From a virus (taxonomy: Duplodnaviria > Caudoviricetes), in the IMG/VR virus record IMGVR_UViG_3300033076_000454, positions 1-37,766 of that record: a DNA stretch of 37,766 nt, one strand, 5' to 3'. The stretch's first letter is position 1; each line of letters starts with the position of its first letter. A program made the position numbers and the translations under genes. The notes beneath the pieces were generated by a model that was not told the DNA's origin, searched no databases, and saw nothing but the letters and a program-made list of their open reading frames with translations. Positions 17,336 to 29,300 of the stretch are shown here, piece by piece.

Positions 17336-20300
17336 TGGCTAGAGTTCGTTCGGTAGATTTTTTACCAGAAATTTTTCAAACTGATACTAATAAACAGTTT
17401 CTAGCCGCTACGTTAGATCAGTTGGTTCAAGAACCAAAGTTTAAAAAGACACAAGGGTTTATTGGTCGCACAGTAGGACCAGGTGTAAACCCTAATGACA
17501 AATATGTAATTGAGCCTAACAAAGTTCGTGCTGACTATCAACTAGAACCAGGTGTTATTAGTTTAGTGCCAGACACAAACACCATTAAGAATGCAATTAC
17601 CTATCCCGGTATCAACGATGCTATTGGTTTCCAAGGTGGCAATCAAACACGACCAGACCGTCTATACTCGAGCGAATTCTACACATGGGATCCGTTTGTT
17701 GACTTTGACACATTTGTTAACTTTAGTCAATACTTCTGGCTTCCAGGTGGCCCAGATGCTGTTGATGTATCTGCAACCGGAATCCCTGCTAGCGATAATT
17801 TTGTTGTAGATCGTGCAAACGGTGTTTACACGTTCTCTGGCATTTCTGGTGATGATCCTGTTATTGAATTGGTTCGAGGCGGTAGCTATACATTCCAAGT
17901 AGCACAAAACGAAAAAGAAACAGTTAACTATCGTGTTCAAAATGCAGGAACTTCTGCATACAAAATTGATCAACAGACTAACCCTACACTAACTCTAGCG
18001 CGAGGCAATACCTACGTATTCAATTTGAACCTAAACGGAGTATACCCATTCTGGATTAAGAATGCGCTGACTCTCGGTACAGGTGATGCTTATAATTCTG
18101 GCGTAATTCGCAACGGTTCAGCAACTGGTTTAGTCACATTTACAGTACCACAAGATGCACCTGATACATTATATTATGTAAGCGAAAATCAAATTAATTT
18201 GCGCGGCCAGCTGAACATTGTTAACGGTACACCTGGTACTGGACCGGGCTTCTGGATTCAATCAACTCCGGGTATTGCTGGCGTGGTAGAATCAACTCCA
18301 AACATTAGCAATAGAAATGTCTACGGGGTAGAGAACAACGGCGAAGACCTTGGAACAATTACATTCAACGTTCCACAAAAAGATGCACAAAGTTTTTATT
18401 ACAACTTACCTAGTATCGGTACTGTTGATATTTTAACAGCGTTACACTTTGATCAGATTAATAATCAACCGCTAGATGATATCATTGCCAACTATGGCGG
18501 CCTTGATGGCATCACCACTCTTAACAACAAAACAATAGTATTCTCAACTACTACCGATGATCCAGTAGCTGGCGGCTGGATCAGAACGTCATTGGTAGAT
18601 TCTTCTACTAGCGTTATTCCATTTAATGAGCGCTACCAAATCTATCAAATTAGCTACGTTGTATACAACAATATAACATATCTAGTATTAAACCAAGTCG
18701 CTAGCATTGCTATCCAAGATAAATTTACAATTCGATACGGTGCGCAATATTCTAACACAGGTTGGTATAAAGATGACCAAGGCTATCTGACTCAGATTCC
18801 GTTGTTAACTGCGGTACAAGACGTTTTATATTACCAAGATGGCACCGACCCTGAAATCTTTGGGCGCTTTTTATTAATTGACCAAACTGAAAATAGTACT
18901 TTGCGCATTGATAATATCTTAGGAAAGAAGTCATACACAAGTCCAAATGGTGTAACATTTACTAATGGATTGAAGGTGTTATTCCGTGGTGACGTAGAAC
19001 CTGCAAGTTATGCTAATAACGAATACTATGTGTCAGGAGTAGGAACAGCGATTGAACTGCTTCCAGTCGCTAACTATGTTTGCCCCGAATCATATGTTGT
19101 TGATGCTAGTGATAGTGCCCTCTTTACAGAACCTAGTGATCTTGACTATTTAACTATTAGTCGTGCAAGCAAAGACCTCAATGCATGGACACGGTCAAAC
19201 CGTTGGTTCCACATTGATGTTATTAATGCTACAGCTGAATATAATCACACGGTTGCAGTTTTAGACAATGCATATAGAGCCAAGCGACCTATTATTCAGT
19301 TCCGCCCTGGCGTTCGTTTATGGAACATGGGAACAGAAGGTAAACAACCAGTTGATATCATTGACTTTGAAGAAACAGATGCATTTTCAAATATTGAAGG
19401 ATCAACAGGCTACTCAATCGATGGCTACACATTTGTTGAAGGAACTCGTGTAATTTTTGCTGCTGACGAAGATGCTGATGTTCGCGACAAAATTTATGTT
19501 GTATCTTTTGTTAGTCCGGATACTGTTAATCCGTTAATCGACCAACCAATCATCAATTTAACGTTAGCGTCCGATGGCGAAGTATTAGCAGATCAAAGCA
19601 CGGTTTGTCTTTACGGCAATACACTCAAGGGACTAACATTCTGGTACGATGGTACACAATGGGCAGAAGCACAATTAAAAACAGGTATACAACAAGCGCC
19701 ATTGTTTAACGTTTACGATAGCACCGGAATCAGCTTTGGAGATCAAAGCAAGTATCAAAGTTCTACCTTTGCTGGTAGCAAATTGTTTAGCTACGCCATT
19801 GGAGACACTAATGTTCTTGATCCTATTTTGCAATTCCCATTGCAATATTTGAATATCAACAACGTTGGTGACATTGTATTTGAAAACAATTTGTACAAAG
19901 ATACTTTCTTGTATGTTAACGATAACGTTAGCGTAACTTCTGACATTAGCTCAGGAAGTGCAAGAGAATATGCGACCCGCACAGTATTTGAACGTTTAAT
20001 CGGATGGCAAACTGCGGCAACACTAAGCCAAATTAGACAGCAGTTTAAATTTACATACTCAAACAGTACATTAAAGTTAGACGTTAAAGTAGCATCATCT
20101 GATGTTAACATTCCTGCTATTAAATTATACGTAGGATCAGTCTTCCAAGATCCAAGCAAATACAGTTATATCACAACTGCGGATAGTACCACGATTACGT
20201 TAAACGAAACTTATGCAATCGGTGATATTATTGAAGTTGCGGTTCTTAGTGAACAAACTAGCCAAGTAGGATTTTATCAAGTTGCAAGCAACTTAGAATC

Positions 20301-23300
20301 TAATCCGTTAAACGGAAACTCTGATAGCTTCACCCTAGGTACTATCCGTACTCACTACCAAAGTATCTGTGAAAACTTGTCTACATTAACTGGCACAGTT
20401 AATGGAGCTAACAACAGTCGAGACCTTGGTAATATTGTTCCTTATGGCTTGATCATTCTACAACAAAGTGCCCCTCTAACATTAGCTGGGTACTTCTTGC
20501 GATCAGACGAATATAATATTTTTGCATCATTGCAATATAACAGCAGAGAGTATACTAAGTTCAAAGGACAAATGCTCGAGGCAGTGACTCGCCAGAACAT
20601 TCAATATCAATCTGCTGGACAAATATTAGATACAGCAATTGCTGATATCACTTTAGGAAAAATTGATACACAACCATTTTACTGGTCAGATATGATTCCT
20701 GCCAGCGAAGTGTTTACTAATACTGAATACACAGTATCATTAATTAGCACTAATGTATTTGATACCGTCCAAGTTTACAATTACGAGTCAGCAAATTATC
20801 TAGGCATGAACGTATATCTAAATGATGTATTGCTAACTCGCGGAACAGATTACATTGTTGCAACTGATGGTCCTCGTATTACAATTCTAACTACATTGGC
20901 AGTCGGCGATGTTATTAGACTTCAAGAATACAATGCTACTTACAGTACTTTTGTTCCAAACACTCCTACTAAACTAGGATTGTACCCAGCATGGCGCCCA
21001 GAAATCATAACACAAAAGACCAGCAACGGCGATGAACTTGCTATTATTGGCCATGACGGTAGTATTACTAAAGCGTTTAACGATATCCGAGATCAAGTTT
21101 TATTAGAGTTCGAAACTCGAATTTATAATAACCTTAAACTCGATGGCAACCCAGTTCCGTTAACTATTACAGATGTATTGCCTGGACAGTTCCGTGATAC
21201 TGGATACACGTTCGAAGAGATTAACAATATATTCGCCACAGACTTCTTAAGCTATTGTGGCTGGAATAAACTTGATTATAAAACTCAAACTTATAGTGCA
21301 TCAAACGAATTTTCTTGGAACTACAGCAGCGCACAAAACAAACTTAACAATGAAAACTTGTTAGGCGCCTGGCGCGGTATTAATCGATATTTCTACGACA
21401 CACAACAACCACAACGTACTCCTTGGGAAATGCTTGGGTTCAGTGAAGAACCAGCATGGTGGGAAGAATTATATGGCGCGGCACCTTATACAAAAGATAA
21501 CTTAGTTTTATGGGACGACCTCGAAGCTGGTTATGTTGCAGATCCTGCTGGCCCATACTATCGTCCAGAATATGCTCGCCCTGGGTTATCGAATGTAATT
21601 CCTACTGGAGACGAAGGACAATTATTGAGTCCTTTTGATTCAGTAGTTGGAAATTACAATAATCAATTATGGCAAAAATCTTGGTCAGTCGGTGATGGTG
21701 GCCCAGTTGAAGCGTCGTGGTGGAATAGCTCTAGCTATCCATTCTCAGTAATGCACGTTCTGGCGGTGACTCGTCCTGCTAAGTTCTTTGCATTATTTGC
21801 AGACCGTGATTTATACCGATACAATGATGAGTTTAACCAATACTTGTACAACAATCGATATCGCCTTGATGCAAACGGCGTTGAAGTATACGGTAATGGA
21901 TTATCAAAAGCTAGTTATATTAACTGGATTGTAGATTATAATCGACAAAGCGGCATTAACTCAACAGACACTCTTACTGCTGATTTAGCAAACCTTGACG
22001 TTCGTTTATGCTATAGAATGGCAAGTTTCTCTGATAAGCAATACATTAAATTGTTTACAGAAAAGTCAAGCCCGAATAGCACAAACACAACGCTGATGAT
22101 TCCCGACGAGAGCTATAACTTATTGCTTTACAAAAATCAAGCATTTGATCGCTCTAGTTATTCAAGTGTGGTTATCCAACAAGTATCCGGCGGCTATGCA
22201 GTCTTTGGTTATAGCACCACACAACCTTATTTTAATGTGTTGGCTAGCAGAGCTGCTGGTAAACAACAAACAATAAGCACAGCAGGAATCACTGTTCGTG
22301 TGCCTACTTTGTACACAGATAATGTAGTGCAAATACCTTACGGGTATATTTTTGCAAACGAAACTGGCGTTGTTGACTTTTTGTTAAGCTACGGGAAGTT
22401 CTTAGAAAGACAAGGACTAGAATTTACTAACATTACCAACGGGTATGTGTTAACTTGGGAGCAAATGTCTCAAGAATTCTTGTACTGGAGCCAACAAGGT
22501 TGGAGCGAAAATGCTCTGATTAACTTGAACCCATTGGCATTTAAGTTATCGGTGACAAAGCCACAAGCAGTTGTTGATAGTATTCGTGCTCAAACTAGCG
22601 AAGATGTGTTGCTAGATCAAAATCGTCGAGAGTTGCCCACACGCAATTTAAACATCACACGTATTAACAACACATTTACTGTTGAGCCGTTAACTGATCA
22701 ATCGTTAAGTTTTATTGACTTACGTTATACAAGTTATGAACATATGATTGTTTTGAACAATCAAAGTGTGTTCGGCGATTTAATTTACCAACCTACAACC
22801 GGCGCTCGCCAAAGCCGACTCAGCTTAGTTGCAGTCACTACTACGGACTGGAATGGGCAGGTAGATGCACAAGGTTTTATTCTTAACAGAGACAACGTTG
22901 AAGAATGGACAGGGTTGCGCACTTATGCCAAAGGCGAAATTGTTAAGTACAAGAATGTATATTGGTCTGCACTAACTATCGTACAACCAAGTACATCATT
23001 TGATTACAATGTATGGACGCAAAGTGATTATACTCAAATTGAATTAGGATTACTCCCAAACATTGCTAACAAGGCAAATCAATTAGCTAACAGTTATAAC
23101 ATTAACGAAGCTAACATCGAAAATGACAATGATTTATTGTCATACGGATTAATTGGTTTCCGTCCGCGTCAATACATGGCAGCACTTAACCTTGACGATA
23201 TAAGTCAAGTTAACGTGTATCGTCAATTCTTAGATAGCAAAGGGACTATACTCAGCGCAGAATTGTTCTCTCAAGCTAACCTAGGTAAAGAATCAGGCGA

Positions 23301-26300
23301 TTATCAAATTTACGAAAACTGGGCAGTCCAACGTGCAGTTTACGGTGCTAATGCTAACCGTAGCTTTGTGGAATTGCGTTTAGATAGATCATTCCTTAAT
23401 CCAAATCCAAGTTTGGTTCAAGTGGTATTACCGCAACAAGAAAGTCAAGCTGATCAACAAATATTGTTTAGTGACATCTGGCGTCAGAGCTACAGGTTAA
23501 CTAGCCCGAACTTCTTGCCTACAACAACTACTGTACCTACTGATACAGCGTTGCCTAGCGCCGGTTATGTAAACATTGATGACGTAGATATTACTGTATT
23601 TGACATCAATGACCCTTCTAGTCTTTCTGCAAACATCAATAACATTGATGTTGGTACTGCTATATGGGTTGCTAAAGTTAACAGCTACGACTGGAACATT
23701 TATCGCGCACAACAGGTACCGGGACAAATCCAGCACGTTTGTGATAACCTCAACGGCACAAGTAGAGTGATTTTTAGTGCTCACCATGGACTTTCAGTTG
23801 GTGATAAACTAATCATTCGATTCTTTGATACCGAAGTTAATGGTGTTTACGAAGTGTTGGCGGTTCCTGATTTGAACACAGTAAACATTGCGTTTACTTT
23901 TAGAGCTGGAAGAGTCGTAGTCAATGGAACAGGTATAGGACTAACTTTGCAAACTATGCGTGTTGCGCAAGCTAGCGACATTATTAACCTACCGTATGTC
24001 AATGATATTTTACCAGGTGCTAAAGTATGGGTAGATAACAACGGTTCAGGAAACTGGGAAGTATTAGAAAAGTCTAATGTTTTCTCTGAAGTAGTCGAGC
24101 TTGCTCCTGTCTTACTTGACGCTGGTGAACAGTACGGTAGTGCAGTCGCGCAAGCAACTAATCGTTTTGCAGCATTAGTTGGTAGCCCGAGATATAATTT
24201 TGGTTCCGGCACAGCTAAGGGCGGTGTGTATGTATACGTCAAGAGCTATAGCGACCAGTATACACTAGTAAGCCCTACAGCAACCGGTGATGCAATTCTT
24301 ACACTAGATGCTACAGGTGTTCGTGGATACGGCAATGCAGTTGACTTTGGAAATCAAACTTGGGCCGTTGCTGGTGCAAGTGCAAGTTTAGGTCCTGCAA
24401 GCCAAGCTAATAATGGCTACGCATGTGTAATTTATAAAGATCCGGCGCTTGGTCAACCAGGTGTTGTGCCATACGCACAATGGCAATTACTTACACAGCC
24501 TGGGACAACTACTGTAAGCACTCCCGGTGCTGGAGAGTTTGGATACAGCGTAGTGATGAGTGCAGACGAACGATGGATGTACATTGGCGCACCTGGGCTC
24601 AACCAAGTACACGCCTACGGACGTGTCACCTGGCAAGATCAATTTATTAAGTCACGGGGCGACGGCGAAACTGTGTCGTACGATATCAGTTCAGCTATAC
24701 AAATTGATGCAGCAACACAATTAAAAGTCACTGTTGATGGGAAAATTTTAATCCTGGGCACAGACTACACAGTTGATGGTGGCTTTACTACAGTGACCTT
24801 TACAACAGCCCCAGCATTGGATACATTAATTGAGATCCAACGTTATTCTATTTTCCAATTAGATTCTGGAACATATTATGAAGTTTCACAAAGTGCAACC
24901 TCTGGGTCAGGCACCAACGCTGAATTTACAATTGTAAGAGTACGCGGCGAAATTGGTCAGCCAGGTGCAGACAAAGGTACAGTTGGCGTAACCAATGGCG
25001 GTAGTGGCTATTCTATAGGTGATACTATTACCATTGCTGGCAGCAGCTTTGGCGGCACAAACAACGCTACACTAACAGTGACTGGAGTAAACGCCGGTGC
25101 GGTGACAACATTCACAATTGCTTACACTCCGCCTTCGCTAGCAACAGTATTTTCGTTGAACGAGCAATTCTTTACAGTTAACAGTATATACTCGTTTAGC
25201 ATTACAGTTGACGGTGTGTTGTATCGTCCTAACATCGATTATACGTTTAACACTGGCACAACAGACATAACGTTTGTGACTGTACCAGCACAAGGTACTG
25301 TGATAATAGCAACAGCTCAAAGTTATTTTGAATATGTTGATTCTATTACTGTTGCTGGCCTTGGAGGTAGCGACCGCTTTGGTCAATCAATTAGTTGCAC
25401 CACAGACGGACGTCAATTGATCGTTGGTGCACCATATAGCACCGTTGACAGTGAATTAGAAGCTGGTAGCACTTACGTCTTTGACAGAAATGTACAGAAA
25501 TTTATTGTTAGCAATGCATCAGAAGATACCTATACTGTGCTAGGTTCAATTACTGGCCCAGTAAGTGTTATCCTTAACAATGTATTTTTAACTAACGAAA
25601 CCGATGGAATTGTTGGAGCTAATAATACATTCTCTGTCAGTGGCAATGATATTACTATCAATGCAACGTTAGCAATCGGCGATACGATCGAAATTGAAAC
25701 TAATCAATTTGCACAACTTCAACAGATTAATCAAAATGTTGTTGCTGAGTTTAGCAACTACGGCGCTGCAACAGATATCTGTTCTTATAATTGCAGCTTA
25801 TATGTAGGTGAACCGCAGAGCTCAGTTCAAATATTTAAAGGTGGTGCTGTTGAACGTAGTGTTAACCAGAGCCGCATCTACGGAACTATTACTGCTACAG
25901 TAGCAAATCCTACTTTAGACAATGGCGATACCATTCGTGTTAATAATATTGAAGTAGCAGTTCCTAATGCTCCTAATCAAAATGTCACTGGACTAGCGGC
26001 GGCTATTAATGCTGCGGTACCTAACGTTGATGCTACAGTATCAACAACAGGATATTTGACTATTAGCGTTAAGAACAGCGATGCAGCACCGCAATTTAAT
26101 AAATTACAAGTTGCACCGGGTGCAGTCGGTGATGTGTTTGATGCACTAGGTTTTGAAACCTTTGTATACACACAAACTATTACAAGCCCATATCCAACTG
26201 CTTTATCGGGATTCGGTTCAAGCATTAGTGTTGATGACACCGCGACTAGTTTAGTCATTGGTGCTCCGCGAGGCACAGAGTATCTCGAAACCTTGTGGGA

Positions 26301-29300
26301 TAATGGAACAACGATATTTGATGCTGGAAGCACTCTGTTCTTTAGCATTATTATCCAAAGCGGTGTGGCGTACCTATACGATTACTTGCCAAGTTCATCA
26401 TTATCTGTGGATAATCCTGGCATGTTTGTATTTGGTAATCAGTTAACTGATTCTAATATTGCACCGTACGATCAATTTGGTACCGCAGTTAACTACACAT
26501 CTGGTGTATTAATGGTTGGCGCCCCTACTAACGATGCCGGCGACAGCGCCGCAGCATTTGGTAGAGTCTTTGTATTTGAAAATACAAACCGCACACCTGC
26601 GTGGTCAGTAATCCGTGAGCAACAGCCAGTTGTTGATGTTAGCTTGCTCAACAGCGTATTCTTATACGATAGAATTACAAGTTCTACTACTGAATTCCTT
26701 GACTTCTTTAATCCGTTGCAAGGAAAGATTCTTGGTGCCGCAAGACAGAATATTGATTACATTGGTGCAGTTGATCCTGCTAGTTATAACATAGGTCCAG
26801 TGAATATTCGCGGTACTACGTGGGGTGCAGACTATGTTGGGCAAGTATGGTGGGATATTTCTACTGTGCGTTTTATTGATCCTAATCAAGATGATATTGT
26901 TTACGCTAGCCGTCGTTGGGGACAAGTATTCCCAGGCAGCTCAGTAGATGTTTATCAATGGATTGTAAGCCCTGTGCCTCCGGTGGAATACACAGGCCCA
27001 GGCACACCTTTAGATACATTAAGTTATAGCATTAATTCTAGCTTGTCTACAAGCGGAACATTTGTCACTGAATATTATTTCTGGGTCAAGGGACTTACTA
27101 CAACTGCCACACAGTTAGGTAAGACATTGAGCATTGCAACAGTAGCTCAATATATTCAAGATCCAAAGGCTAGTGGCATTAGCTATCTTGCTCCTATTAA
27201 TAGCAGCACTATTGCGCTATATAACTCAGGCGACCTAATCGAAGCATCAGATACAATTATTAACATTGAATTTGATCGCGAATATACTAACAACAACGTT
27301 CACGTCGAATACGAACTAATTGCACAAGATAAAGCAGACGGATTCTTAAGTGATAATTTATATCGCAAACTTCAGGACAGTTTCTGTGGAATTGATACCG
27401 CTGGTAATCTTGTACCTGATCCTAACTTAGGTCCAGCGGAGCGTTATGGCGTACAATTCCGCCCACGCCAGTCAATGTTTGTAGATCGATTTGAAGCGTT
27501 GCGCAATTATTTGACTCGTGCTAATAATGTATTGAAACTATACCCTATTAGCGAAAGCCGAACATTTACATTGTTGAACTCGAGCGAACCAGAACCAGGT
27601 TCTAATTCTGGTCTGTGGAATTTGCGTGTCGCTAACTTAGAGATACTTGGATTCCAAGATATCTATGCAGTTCCATTGGGATACAAATATCTTGTAGTAA
27701 GTGATAGCGATAACAGAGGCTTATGGACCATTTACACCGTTGAGTCTGATACTGCCAATTTAGGTGGCCGTATCCTAGTATTAACTCGAGTACAAGGTTA
27801 TAATACTGCTGACTACTGGAGTTATATCAATTGGTACCTACCAGGATACAACTCTAGCACCAAGGTAATTGTTGAAGTTCCAAACTATAGCGCCTTGGCA
27901 ACACTAAATGTAATGGTTGGAAGTTCAGTTAAAGTCACTGCAAACGCTCAAGGCAAATGGGAAATCTATCTGCTAACCGATACTGGCTGGCAGCGTGTGG
28001 GCTTGCAGGATGGTACAATTGCTTTCTCTGCAGAACTATGGGATTATGCTATTGGACGTTTTGGATTTGACGTTGAAGTTTTTGACGCACAATATTTTGA
28101 TCAAGAACCTGTTATCGAAACTAGAAAAATTATTCAAGCAATCAACGAAGAATTGTTTATCGACGATCTGTTAATTGAGCGCAACAAAGCGATGGTGTTG
28201 ATGTTCAACTATGTGTTGAGCGAATTTGCAGCGCCTGAATGGTTAGTTAAAACTAGTTTGATTGACGTTGATCACAGAATCCGTGAGTTGATTCCATTCC
28301 AAAACTACACTCGAGATAATCAAGAATTCGTTTCGGATTATATTCAAGAAGTTAAACCTTATCACGTGCAAGTTCGTGAGTTTAACTTGCAATATAGTGG
28401 CTTCGATGAATACTTCGGGGACACTACTGACTTTGACGTACCAGCATACTATAATACAACCCTAGAAGTACCACAATACACTAGTCCAATTTTGTTGCCT
28501 TACGCACATTCAACACCGCAGGCCACTAACACTCTTAGTGATGCATCGTCAACTTCTACAATTTGGAGCAAGTGGCCGTACAGTCAATGGTACAACAATC
28601 ATCTATTGAGCATCGACAGCGTTAGCGTTGTTAACCAAGGAACTGGTTATACTGAACCGCCAACAATTATATTCTCAGGAGATGCTACAGAAGCAGCAGA
28701 AGCCACAGCAGTAATTAATAGCCTAGGCCAAGTGGTTGCAATTAACGTAATTAATCCAGGATCTGGATACCTACAAACTCCTACTGTTATATTTGACGGC
28801 GGCAACGGCACTGGTGCTAGAGCATACGCTGTAATGAGCAACGGCTTGGTACGTAGTTTCCGTACAGTAATTAAGTATGATAGATTCCAGTACCAAACCG
28901 CAATTGAAACATGGAATTCTAGCGGCACTTACGAAAACGGCACTTTGGTACGTTATGATGATAGAGTTTGGCGTGCAGAAAACAGCGACGGCAGCTCTGC
29001 TAACGTAGGCCCTACATTTAATCTCGAAGATTGGGTGCCAGTTCCTGCAAGCGAGTTGTCGGGTGTTGACCGTACCATGGGATACTATGTTGCCGGAGCA
29101 AATCAACCTGGCCTAGAATTACCATTGTTAGTTGACGGTGTTGATTACCCGGGAGTACAAGTATTTGGAGATTATTTCCTTGGTACATTAAACCTCGATG
29201 CTGATTACCAAAGCAGCTTTACTGATCAGTACTTAGGAACACGATTTACTGACATTAATGTTGATGGTGGCGAATTCATTGGACCATACGAAGGTCATGC

